Assembly (NCBI GenBank): GCA_965178125.1
Contig: OZ237770.1
Span: 186,001 to 250,000 of the forward strand
Origin: Bilabrum cf. latius
Taxonomy: Eukaryota
DNA length: 64,000 bases
Direction of reading: 5' to 3'
A program made the position numbers and the translations under genes. Shown here piece by piece: positions 49,701 to 62,424 of the stretch (position 1 is the first letter of the stretch; every line of letters starts with the position of its first letter). Below the pieces are notes generated by a model. That model was not told where the DNA came from. It made no database searches and saw only the letters and a list, made by a program, of their open reading frames with translations.

Positions 49701-52700
49701 TGGAGATCTTGCAGGTCCCCACGGCCGCTTTGAGCGAAGAGCCGGCGGCCCCTGTGGCGGCATGTGCCAGCGGTAGCCAGCACTAGGCAGTACTGGTGCT
49801 ATCCAGCCCCATCACCAAGAAGCTGTACGCTGCTTGCCTCGACCTGTCCGGCGTGGGTAGTCAGTGGAACCAGCCGGGCAGGGCGAATTTGACGCTCCTC
49901 TCTGGTGCAACCACCGCAATCCCAGACACGGCTGCCGTGTCATCCGACCGGAACACCCTAACCGCGGGGCTGATCGTAAGCACCGGAGTGCTGGCTGGCC
50001 GCGGGATCGTAGCAGTCGGCTCGGACAGCGAGGCGCTCAAGCTGTTCTCTGTGAATGCAGCAGCGACCAGCGCAAGTCAGCTGTTCCGGCCCATCGCCCT
50101 TCGTGACGCGGTGATGAAGGTGTCCACTGAGATGTACGTGAGGCCCGGATTCGATGTCAGGATTCTGGGAGATCGGATGACCTTGCTGGCGGGTGTGCCC
50201 GCCATCGAGGCCAATCTCGCTGCAATGCCCGAGCCTGCCAACTTTGGCGAGATCAGAGCGGGCGACGTGGGCGTGTACGTGATCGGGCCGGTGACCGACA
50301 CGTCCTTCTCCACCGGCGATTTCAATTCCGAGTTCGACGCCATCACGGAGGAGGGTATGCTGCGTGACGCCTCTCAGCAGAGGGACATGATCGACACGCT
50401 GCAGGTGGTGCTCTAGGGTGTGATCAGGGCCCCGAGTGCTCTGAACGAGGGAGTGGGCGCGAGCCAGTTCGGAAGGAGCATCCTTACTGGGGGCGGTCTG
50501 TATGACGAGTATCGCACCGTGGGCATTGTGTGCCCTGCCAGCCCGTACGAGAGCTCTTCAACGGACACGCTCACCGAGTTCGGCATTGTCTTTTACAGGC
50601 AGGTGGTTCATCCCACGCAGGACGCATCCGGCACCAACGATGTGGCTGGGATCGGATCGTCCCGCCGATTTCCTGTCGAGACCACGTCATGGCTCGAGCA
50701 GCAGACCCTGATGGTGAATGGCTTCCTCAATGCGAGATCAAGTGCCATCAACGCGGAGCAAGGCAGCTTCCCTGGATACGACGGGACGACCGACAACCCT
50801 TGGGCGGTTGGCATGTATCAGTACTACTACGGCGGATTTGCGGTGGCTCGGACAGAGGATCGCTCGCATGGCCCAGGCACGCAAGCCACAAACCCCTCAG
50901 GGGCGGCGGGCAGCATGCCCCGCATTTTCCTGTAGAGCATGGGCCTACCTCGACAGGTGGATGCAGTGGTGCTGACTGCCGATCACACGGAGCTGGAAAG
51001 CGCTGAACTTGCCACAGGTAGGCCCGACTCGCCCATGCAGCAGCTCACAACGGCACTGCATGCAGCGTGCGGATTCGATGACGGGTCGGCGGCTGCGGCA
51101 GCTCTGACAGACGAGGGCGTGAGCTGCGCCACCGTCGTCTCCGTGCGCCCGTACGATGCCGCTGCGTTCGCGTTGGATCCGTTCTAGGTGGACCAGCTGT
51201 TCCTTTCTGAAGACTATTCTCTCGTGCCGATCGACATCAGGGGATTGGATCGGGAGAGGACGCTGATCCAGCTGAAGGAGCCCTCTAGTAGCACCTCTTC
51301 CTCGACGTCGAGCGCGGTCGGGCTCAAGCACGCCATTCTCAGGGATCTCACCGTCTCGGGAACCAAGGAGACGAATATTTCACCCACATCCGTTGCGGAC
51401 AGCGTGGGCGGCAGCGTGGCAGTGTCCGCTGCAGGCGTGTTCGACGTCAAGGAAGGAGGTCAGCTGCTCATGCAGCGCGTGAGGGTGCAGCACGGCTACA
51501 GTGCAGGCAGCGCGGGGCTGATCCGCATGCGATCCGAGTCGGCTCTGTTCGCCACGGAATCGATTTTCTTCTCGGGGGCAGCGACGACGACGGGGGGCTG
51601 CATCGGTGGTACTGCGGCCCACATCGAATTGTGGAACTCCACGGTCGCGTACTGCGGTGCGCTGGGTGCGGGTGGCGGCGGCATCGCGGTGGATGGTGAG
51701 TCGGCGGTTCAAATGTACGGTTCGCTGATTCTGGGGAACACTGCCGTGGGCAGCGGCGGCGGGCTGCTCATGTCCTCTGCCGGGCCCTTGGGTCTATTGG
51801 TGCAGGAGTCTGTGTTCGCGCAGAACGTGGCCAGTGGGTCCGGCGGCAACATGGCTTTGCTTTCAGTGTACGGCAGGATTGACGAGTCCTAGATCCTGGC
51901 GGGTTTTGCCACCTCCTCCGGAGGCGGCGTTCTGGTGGAGCAGGGCTTCAGTGGCGGCGCCGTTCGGTTCCGCAGGAGCGTGGTGGGCGGAAATTAGGCG
52001 GGCGAGGGCGGAGGCGGCGTGCTGGTGTCATCGGCGGGCGGCCTGGGTTCCGTTCGATCTGCGTTCGTGTACAACCGCGCCACAGGTGCATCCTCCAGGG
52101 GCGGGGGCGTGCAGGTTGCATCGGGGGCCAGATACAGCGACGTGCAGTCTGTCTATGGCCACAATGGGGCGGTCACTGGGGGTGGGCTTGGAGTGACCGG
52201 TGAGGCCACTGTCGAAGTGGCGGGATCCGTTCTCTATGACAACGCGGCAGACACAGGGGGCGGAATGTCTTGCGATGGTGAGAGCTCCGTCACGATCCAT
52301 GGGATGGCTGGGCTGCACGCTCTCTAGCACGCAGCGGGCTACGCGACCTTTCTGCAGAACACCGCCTCGGTGTCCGGAGGCGGCAGCTCGCTTCAGGCCT
52401 GCCGAGCCTTGCTGGTGAACGTCAGCCACACGGGCAACACAATGAGACAGAACTCGCGCTTCCGGAGGGTGCTCGGTCTGCTGGGCACTGAGATGTCAGG
52501 GGTTGGTTTTACCGGCGGGGGTGCTTCGAGGGGTGCATCCGGTGCGGACTACTTCGGGTTTGACCAGGCAATGACCGTGCAGGCCTCTGTGGATCCGGCC
52601 ACCGCGGCGCACGAGCAGTCTCCGTACTGGGAGGCCGACGGCAGCGATCCCGCGCTGGTGGTGGACGAGGACCAGCAGCTCTACTTCCGGTCTGGACCCA

Positions 52701-55700
52701 TGGATCGGATCATGCCCGCCTTCCGAACCAAGCTCCGCACCTACTCGGTGAATCCTCTCAGCACAGTGTCGCTCAGCTCGGACGGCGTCAGCTCCGGAAA
52801 CGGCGCGGGCATGTTCGTGGCTACCACGGCGGACGCAGCCGAGTCGCTGGACCCTCTCGACTCCAGCAGCATCCGGGTTCGGTGCTTCCGGTGCAGGTTC
52901 GTGGGGAACCTTGCGCTGGCTGGGCTGGGCGGTGCCGTGTACGCCGCGGGTGCCACGGATGATGACGAGTGCACCGAGGTGCCGGCCACGTGCACCACGG
53001 GAGCAAAGGCCATCAAGGCGACTTACCTTTCGTTCCTTTAGAGCTGTCCCCAAGATTTCCAGCAGAACTACGCCGGGGGCTCTGGGCCAGACGTGTCCTG
53101 GACGCAGATCGAGCCCACTGGCCTTCTCGCTGTGCTACTTAACGATGACACGCTAGGGGGAGGGGAGCCGGTCGCGACCCCGCACACCAGCCGGCCGGGA
53201 GCCTGTGACTGGGACTCGCTAGAGGGTCCCAGCTACGCGGAATATTCATTTTCCGACAGTGAGCAGACGCGCATCGAAGAGAGCGGAGCCTCCAATCGCA
53301 CCCAGGAGTTCCCGCTCTCGTCCATGCCTACCAACATCGGCTTCGTGCCGAACTACGGGGTCGAAACATCGCCCGAGCCGGGGTCTGTGCTCGCCGCCGC
53401 CGCTTCCAGTACGACCACAACCACTACCACTACCACTACCAGCGGTGGAAGCAAGTTCGAGGAGGCAGACGTTACCTCCAACTTTGGGGAGTCCACGCTG
53501 GCAGTGGAGCTGAGGGACAGGTACGGCTACCGCGTGGATGCAACGCAGTTCGGCCAGCTGATCGTGCGGGCCACTTTGTCGAGGGAGGAGACGCAGAACG
53601 TGGGGCAGTACACGGGAGACAGCACCGACTCGGGGACGGATCGCAGGCGCCTGCGGAAACATGCCAGGCGGCTCGGCAGGGGGCGTGGGTTTGGGGGCAG
53701 GAGACTGCAGGGGGGTGGCGGTGGCGACGAGGAGGATGATAACGAGCCGAGGCAAGGGGAAGATGCAGACGGGAATTTCCTTGACGGGACGGTGACGGCG
53801 GTTCTGTCCGAGGATGGCGTGGCGGAGTTTAACCAGCTCGAGTTCAGGGGGCGGCTGGAGGGTACAGCGACCTTCCAGGTGTACATCGATCCCAGCCTCG
53901 GCGTGAGCGCGTTCGGCACGGTCTTGCAGGTGGCTGACAACTGCACCGGCAGGTCAGAGTTCGACGACGACGATCTCGAGTGCAAGAAGTGCGGTGGTGA
54001 TTACGAGTTCTCCGACGGTCGCAACTGCTTTGCGTGCCCGGCAGGCACCGAGCTGAAAGAAGATTCTCAGTCTGCGCCCAGGGGGGAATGCCGCAGCTGC
54101 ACGAAGGGAAGGTTCTCTGCCGAACGAGATGACGAGTGCACCGAGTGCCCGGTGGGTCGGTTTGCAGAGAGCAGCGGAACCGCTGACGAGTGCACCGAGT
54201 GCCCGCCCGGCAGGTTCACTGCCCTGACGGGATCCACCTCGTGCGAGGCGTGCCCGTTCGGGTCCATCCAGCCGGTCGCTGGACAGTCGGGGTGCACCGG
54301 GTGCGGAGCCGCAGAGGTGTCCGTTGACTCGTCCACGTGCGCGTCCTGTCCCGCCGGGTCGATCCCCAACCCGGTTGCAACCACCCTCGATGACGTGGCG
54401 TGCGTCACTTGCCCTCGCGGCTCGATCTCAGCCGAAGGGGATGAGGAGTGCACCACCTGTCCACTGGGAACGGTGGCCAATGCGAACCGCACGGTCTGCG
54501 AGACGTGCCCAGAGTCCGACGGTGTGACCTGCACGGGCTCGGCGATGTCCCTGGACAGCGGGTACTGGGTGGACGTCGACGACGTGGTGGTTGAATACGA
54601 CACCGAGAGCAACCAGATAGTGAGGATGCCCGAGTCCTCCATCGTACACGTCTGTTCCTCCACGGCGGTGTGCGTGTCCAACCTGACCGATGCTGGGGTT
54701 GCGGTGGATGAAGACGGCAAGGCTGTTGCAGTGCTGTGCGCAGACGGGCACGATTAGGAAGTGCCCCTGTGCTCCGTGTGCGAAGGCGATTTCGCGCAGT
54801 TCAGCGGACAGTGCTCCAAATGCTGGTCCGAAGCCGCCAACACGATCGTCATCGTGATCACCATTCTGATTGCGGTGATCATCGCCGCTGCCATGGTTGC
54901 TAGGACGCGGGCGGCCGCCACAAAGGCAGCTGAGAAGGGCAATCTCCTGTCCGCAACCATCCGGATCGGGCTCAACTACCTCAAGCTGATTACCACGCTG
55001 GGCGCGTTTCGAGCAAAGGCGCCCGAAGTGATCGCCAGTTTGCAGGAGGGTGCATCCACGGTGAGTAACGGGCTGTCCTTCAACGTGCCGCCGGTGGCCT
55101 GCGCCTTTGATTTCACGTTCGTGGGTGTCTTCTGGGCCACCATGACCATCCCCTTACTGATCCTCGCGGGGTGCGCGATTGTGGCCGCGGGACTATACGC
55201 CAGGGCACAGTGCAAAATCCAGCGCGAACAGGCGAGGCGGAGTGAGCTCTCCCCTCAAGAGCAGGCTTCGCTCGATGATAGCGACCCTGTCCCGACGCCA
55301 AACCAGCTGTGGGACACGTACGTTGGCGTGTTCGTGAGCTCGGTGATCATCCTCGTCTTCCTCACATACCAGACAATTCTGGCCACCACGGTCAGCGTGT
55401 TTGACACCTATGACGTCCCGATCGACGGCAAGACGTACCTGAACGCCGACTTTAGAATCACGACGGATGACGCCGTGTACGACCAGCTGGTGGCAGGGGC
55501 TATCGTGTCGATGATCGTGTACGTGGTGGGCATCCCGCTGCTGGCCGCCTTCCTGCTCTGGAGGAACCACGACAGGCTGCACGTGCGGGAGGTTATCGAG
55601 TCCTACGGCTTCCTGTTCCTTGGGTACGAGATTGGGACCAAGGCCAGGGTCAAGAGGGTGGTGGGCGCGCGAGAGCGCGCTACCAGGAAGCAGCAGAACC

Positions 55701-57043
55701 TTGCGAGAGAAGAGAGGTTGGCAGCAGCGGCCGCCAGATCCGCGGCCCGCAGCGCCGGGGCAGATGAGGATGCCGCTGCGGAGGAGGCGGTGGCGCAGCT
55801 GCGTGCCCAGCGCGATGCAGCCGGGATCTCGCTGTCGGGTTCATCTGCAGACAACGCGGTGGATGGGTACCTCGTGGATGGGATTGCAGACACGATGGTA
55901 CAGGAGGTGGACATGGTCGACGATGACAGTGCCAAGAACAGCACCTTGGGTGGGGGTGCTGGCAGGACGGCTGTGATCGGGGTGGCCAGGGAACAACGGG
56001 AGGGTCAGGGCCAGGAGGAGGGCGGCCCGGATGGAAGCGATAGCCAGGGCATGACCCGGGTGGGTACCGTGGCGCTGATCCAGACAGCCAAAGAGGACGA
56101 GGACCCGTTGGTGGGGAAAAGGTCCAACTACTATTTCTGGGAACTTGTGGTTCTCGCTCGGCTCGTGGCGACGGTGCTGCTGAGCGTGTTTGTGGGGGAC
56201 ACGTTCCTGCAGTCGTTCTGGGCGGCGTGTCTCGTGGTCGCTGCGCTGGTGCTGCACCTTTCTTACGAGCCGTTCGAGGACAGGATTCTGAATGTCCTGG
56301 AGGCCAGCGCGCTCATTAGCGTGTTCACGACTCAGATGGGCTCTTTGCTCTTCTTCTTCAGGCAGGACCGCGACACCGAGCTCCTCGTGACATTCGTGCT
56401 GCTTGCCGTGAACATCGCCACGCTCCTGCTCTTTGTCCTCTGCGCCGCCGCGAGCGTGATGCCGCCCGAATGGCTGGCACAATCATGCTGCTGCCCTACG
56501 CTGCTGGTCAGGATCTTCCACAGGAAGCGGGCGGCGTTCGCAGTGATGGAGCTGGAGAAGCGGGCCTCGGAGCACAAGAGGCGGAAATCGAGGATGCTGT
56601 CTAGCGGTGTGACGAGTGGTAAAGACGGTGTGACGAGTGATGACGAGCGGAAGACCCAGCTCGCGTACGCTGCTAGCGTGCCGGTGACTCAGCCTGCGCA
56701 GGCTGCTGGAAGCGGGGCAGCTGCCGCGGTGGCACCTCATGCCGGGCGAGATTCCCGCTCCGAATCCACGACGAGGCAGGCGCTGGCCTCATCTCACCCG
56801 AATGCATCGAACCCGGCATCGAACCCCGGGGGGGACAGCGTCCGCGGCGAGATGGCAAGCCCTGGGCTGGTTCGGCCAGGGACCGGGGGCAGCGCGAGAA
56901 GTAGCGGCTCAGGGGGGGGCGGGCACAGGGTCACCCCAAGGGGGTACGGGGAGGGCTTCGAAGAGGCCGGTGTGGCGAGTGCGGTTGGTGGTGTGACGAG
57001 TGCGGGTGGTGATGGTGCAGGCGAGGGGAAGGACGACAGCTGA
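46761..57043 (+). CDS. Giant (~3360 aa) surface protein: signal peptide, FG-GAP-like region, Pmp-type beta-helix repeats, Cys-rich repeats, multi-TM C-terminus
   Basis: One intron (47231-47430), then a 9.6-kb exon in a single frame broken only by TAG (11 TAGs in the gene). GGG(I/V)...F..N.A repeats, C..CP.G repeats, SYGFLFLGY and YYFWELVVLAR in the TM region. Ends TGA. Confidence 0.85.
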
Positions 57044-57301
57044 GGCTGTGCTGCCCGGGGCCTCGTGGCATCGCCAGTGGTGGAGTGTTCTTTCGATTGG
57101 GGCGCAGTTGGAACGGGGAGGGATAGAGCGCTAGGCTTAGCTGCACTTCTGTCTTGAATCAATAGCGAACACAGAAGTGATCCATGGGATGCTTGGAAGC
57201 CCACATGTCCCACCTATCCGAGGAGTGTTCTACTTGCGGAACCAACTTTATGCTGTGCGCGGCGATCGACCGGTTCTTGATGAATACCACATACTGTCGC
57301 C

Positions 57302-58374
57302 ATGCACAGAAGATTCGAATAGCACGGCCGATGGAGCTCGGTTCGAGCAACAAGCAGCTAGGCTGCCGCGGCACCACGGCCGCTGTCTTTCGTTGAAAGC
57401 GTAGTTGCAGGAGCCGCGGCTGGTGGCACCGAGCTGCTAGCCATGTATCCACTTGATACTGTCAAGACCAGGCAGCAACTCGTATCTAAGGCTGACGCAG
57501 CGGCAGGGAAAACACCAAGTCTTGTTGGGACTTTGCGCGATATAGTTAAGAAGGAAGGCGCTTCGGCCCTCTATCGAGGTATCTTGTCGCCCTTGGCAGT
57601 CGAACCCTTCAAGCGCGCTGTCAAATTCTCAGCAAATGCAAAATATAATGCATTGATTGTAGGAAACGGAACGAAGACTGTGCTCACGTCAACAATTTGT
57701 GGCGCCATGGCTGGGATGTCGGAGGTGAGCCTGCAGACGCGTCGCGAACTAACGCATGAGACTGCTTGCAAGCTTGCTAGGGATTTCTGCCGCAAATGTG
57801 CCAACTTGGTACGTATTTTTAATCATTACATACCGTGCAGGTGGTTATCATCGCTCCTTTTGAAGTGGTAAAGGTGCGCATGCAGAGCAAGGAGCGTAAG
57901 GCGGTGTACAAGGACACGTTCGACGCAATCCGGAAAATCATGCAGCAAGAAGGGCCTGTTGCATTCGCACAGGGACTTGAGTCCGCTCTGTGGAGATAGG
58001 CAACCTGGAACGGCACGTATTTCGGCGTCATATTCTGGCTGAAGACCCAGGTCCTGTGGTAGCCAAAGACGGATTCCACCCTGTCCGTGCTGGGCCGCAA
58101 CTTTACAGCAGGAGTGCTTGCGGGAACGGCTGCGACCGTGCTCAACACCCCGTTCGATGTTGTTGTTAGCCGGATGCGAAACGTGCTCCCCGGCGAACCA
58201 ACCCCATACCGCTGGGCCTGGCCGAGCCTGGCGCGGATCGCGCGGGAGGAGGGGCCTAGGGCGCTGTGGAAGGGATTCGGAGCCAAGGTGGCCCGGCTGG
58301 GACCAGGTGGTGGTATCATGCTGGTGGTGTTCGAGCTCGTGTCCAACTGGCTGCGGTCTCTGGACGAGAAATGA
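57302..58374 (+). CDS. SLC25A21: Mitochondrial 2-oxodicarboxylate carrier-like, copy 1
   Basis: MYPLDTVKTR, EPFKRAVKF, PFEVVKVRMQ, NTPFDVVVSR, RLGPGGGIMLVVFE. Intron 57725-57840. Four TAGs. Confidence 0.85.
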
Positions 58375-58800
58375 GGATAACGAGAGGGTCTTATTTGGGA
58401 GCTTGAGGACGATTGAGGGCATGGGCAATCATGCCGCACAACAGGTGCAACACGGAATGTTAAACAGTTAGGCTTTTTGCTAGGATCGCACACGCGGCAC
58501 GTCTCATTGTTGCGGCTGTAGCTGCAGCGCGATCAAGCGCACCCATTCTCAACCTGTCTTCACTCCTGTTGGCCGAGCAACTCAAACTATACGACAGGCA
58601 GTCGCGCCGGCAGCATATTATAGCAACCAGATGAATAGGCACTTATCGGCTATAGCTTGCTTGCGTCGCGTGACAACATGCGTTTCGTCTCCCTCTCAGT
58701 ATTCGTCACATGGCGTGGCACCATCAGCTGGCCTGATCAGAAACGATCAATCACAGCACATCTTGGAGCCAAGGACCCGAACAAGCACATAAAAAGAGCC

Positions 58801-59922
58801 ATGCATCGTGCCGTAGACCGTGTCGAGATACACAAATCCGTTCAGGAGAGCAGACCTGCGACTAGGGCGTCGCTGAGGCAGCTATCCTTCGTTGAGAATG
58901 TAGTTGCAGGCGCGGCCGCGGGAGGTACAGAGCTTCTGGCCATGTACCCTCTCGACACGGTCAAAACGAGGCAGTAGCTTGTATCAGCTGGAAATTTTGC
59001 AAAAGGAGAATCTACATCGATCATCGGATCGCTTCGGACGATCGTGCAGAAGGAAGGCGCTTCGGCACTGTACAGAGGTATCCTGTCACCGCTTGCAGTT
59101 GAGCCATTCAAGCGAGCCGTCAAGTTCACGGCCAACGCGAAGTATAATTCGCTCATTGTGGGCAAAGGAGAGAAAACCGTCTTCACTGCGACCCTCTGCG
59201 GATCACTGGCAGGCATATCCGAGGTGAGAAATGCGGCGAATCTTTGCCGCCGTCACCAAGCGTTCGCGCGAACTGTTCGCTGCTTGCATACGAATGGTGC
59301 GCTACGCTACCAATATCACGCATCTGATACGTGTTTCTAATAGCGCGGCTTGATCATCCCATCATGCTCGACAGCCTACCCCAAGCCGCAGATTGGCCTG
59401 ATCGCTCCTTTTGAGGTGATTAAGGTGCGCATGCAGAGCAAGGAGCGCAGGGCGGTGTACAGAAGCACATTCGACGCGCTCTCGAAGGTACTTCGACAAG
59501 AAGGCCCTATGGCGTTCGCGCAGGGCATTGAGCCCGCACTGTGGAGGCAGGCGAGCTGGAGCGGTGCATACTTTGGCATGATCCACGCCCTCAAGACGCA
59601 GGTGCTATGGACACCGGATGCGAACACGCCTGGGTCCTCGCTCGGTCGCAACTTCACCGCTGGTGTAATTGCAGGGACGGCTGCGACCGTGCTCAACACC
59701 CCGTTTGACGTGGTGGCCAGCCGGATGCGGAACGTGCTTCCCGGCGAACCCACCCCATACCGCTGGGCCTGGCCGAGCCTGGCGCGGATCGCGCGGGAGG
59801 AGGGGCCTAGGGCGCTGTGGAAGGGATTCGGAGCCAAGGTGGCCCGGCTGGGACCAGGTGGTGGTATCATGCTGGTGGTGTTCGAGCTCGTGTCCAACTG
59901 GCTGCGGGAGAGGAGCCAGTGA
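58801..59922 (+). CDS. SLC25A21: Mitochondrial 2-oxodicarboxylate carrier-like, copy 2
   Basis: Same motifs as copy 1. Intron 59224-59391. One TAG at 58975. Confidence 0.85.
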
Positions 59923-60919
59923 AGTGAGGCGAGCAAACGAGCGAGCGAGCAAGCAGCTGCTCCAGCACCAAGGGTGGAAAGAAGGAAATTAGCCTCGATC
60001 CCCAAGCCTATATGTGTCTTGCAGGCAGGGACGTTTGCTCCACTAGAGCGGGCGGCTAGCGGCCGCAGCTGGTACTGATGTCATGGATCCCGTCACATTG
60101 GCGTGGTCTCGGCACAGGCAGCTTCGGGATCGCAAGCTCGGGGGCGTACAATGGTTGCCACAGCATGTCTGGAAAGGCTGCGGGCAAGCCTAACTTGGGA
60201 GGAGCGTGTACACTTACATAACAGCGGAATGGAGTCGGGTACGAAGGAGACAGGCCTGCGTTCTGCACTGCTTGGTGCACGAGCGCGTCTGCTCTCCGCG
60301 AGCTCGAGCTCCAGGTGGAACTATAATACATGGAGTTGAGGGGTTTGAGATCCGCTGCGTGCGAGTTTATCTCCCCCGCGAAATGCTTTGAGTCTATTAA
60401 TTTTGCTTGGCGAGAAGATCCGGATCTACACGGTGCGCGTCTGGCATGCACTGCTTCGATATCCTGGATCGGGCATCTGAAGTAATATCTATATTTTGCC
60501 GCCAGGAATGCGCAAACCGTCGCATCCCCCTAGCATTTCAAGCACTATCCATGTTGCATTCACTTTCACCTTTGCCCCGACACGATGACTCTGTTGAGTG
60601 AGTCCAGGTCTATTTGTTGATGCTCCGCTCCCCTCCTGCTCGGATCAATGACGAACGAGCACTTAAAACCGGGAAAGGGGAGCACGATGATACACGGCTC
60701 ACGAGACCAACCAACGCGCCCTAAGAAGAGCGCGCAAGGATCTCAAGCGAGCCAAGCCAGCGATGCCCCAATATGGCACTCCGCACGGCTCGATTGACAA
60801 GTAAGGGGCGAGCTAGTGTCCTGCCTTGCTCGCTTCCCCCCCATCCCCCCCCTCCAAAAAAGCAGCTATATAGCCCCGAGCTCAGGGAGGGCTTACTTCT
60901 CGCTGTAGCCCACCGCTCC

Positions 60920-62342
60920 TTACTCCCTCGCTTCTCTAAATCCCTTGAGCTGGGAAGACACCAGCTCATAGAACACGAGAACGATACCACCACCTGGTCC
61001 CAGCCGGGCCACCTTGGCTCCGAATCCCTTCCACAGCGCCCTGGGCCCCTCTTTTCGTGCGATCCGCGCCAGGCTCGGCCAGGCCCAGCGGTATGGGGTG
61101 GGTTCGCCGGGAAGCACGTTTCGCATCCGGCTGGCCACCACGTCAAACGGGGTGTTGATCATGGTCGCAAATGTGCCGGCGATCGTCCCCGCAGTGAAGT
61201 TGCGGCCCAGCACGGACAGGGTGGAATCCGTCTTTGGCTGCCACAGGACCTGGGTCTTGAGGTGGTGAATGATTCCGAAATACGCCCCGCTCCAAGCGGC
61301 GTGCCTCCACATCGCGGGTTCGAGACCCTGAAAGAGGCCCCCCAGCCTTTCATTTTTTGCGATCTGGAGGAAGGCCCTTCCCGCCCCCCTGCTATACCTC
61401 CAACCGTGTTCCCTGCTCTGCATGCGCACTTTGACCACCTCCTGAGGGGCAATGGTCAGGGCCTGCGAGGAGGACACAAAGGAGGGATCATGATTCGAGC
61501 CGAGGAAGGTGCATGACGAGATGCGGGCGTGGTCAATCGCGAGTAGAGGAGCTACCAGGCAGTTACATGCCGTTTGATACATTTCAGAGCATTGTATGAA
61601 CCAGAAAATGACATTGAGAGCAATGGGCTGGGGTCGGCCGAAACGTGTGGTGCACCGTAGCGCCGCGACTCGCCACTCAGAACCAACCATGCTTCGGCAC
61701 ACGTACTATGTATTCGTACGCTTATACGGCCATATCGTGATACATGCTGCACACAAAATCAAATCCACCAGTTCTATGCCTGCACTAGCGCTATATAACA
61801 CATGATTTTCTCACCTCGACCGCACCAGCAAGCGAGCCGCACACAGCTGCTGTACCTGCAGATTTTCTCCGGCTAGAGCCCACTAGCAAATGAGTAAAAA
61901 GCTCATTACCAGAAAATTTGAGTCCTCGCTTTATAGGTTCAATGGCCAGCGCAGAGCCGATTCCTCGGTACAGCGCCTTGGTTCCTTCCGTCGCGACAAC
62001 TGACTTTAGCATGCCCATAATGGAGGCCCTGTGAGGTGAAATCGCGCCGGATCCACCGCTCAATTGCAGACGTGTCTTGACTGTATCTAATGGATACAAG
62101 CACAGCAGCTCTGCGCATCCAGCAGCGCCACCAGCGACTACAGTTTCCCCGAACATCGTCCACTTGGCAGAATAGTCCGTGCTAGTTCCTTTTACAGCGG
62201 CACGATTGCTCTTAAATCCCATCATGTTTTGGTACATGCCAGTAACATGATATCTGCTTGAAGTCTCAGTCGCATTTGTAGCCGTCATGGCACACGGCCT
62301 GAGATTCGAGCTGTGATGGCTTCGAGTTGCAGTTGACATCAT
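60920..62342 (-). CDS. SLC25A21: Mitochondrial 2-oxodicarboxylate carrier-like, copy 3 (inverted)
   Basis: LYPLDTVKTRLQ, EPIKRGLKF. Intron 61814-61463 at the homologous position. Ends TAA. Start codon uncertain. Confidence 0.8.
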
Positions 62343-62424
62343 GCGCGCAGCAGCGGTTTCGTGAATGTTGCGTGTAGAATGAAAAAACCTCAGGTGCACA
62401 TATTCATCAACAGCTCTCTAAGCA

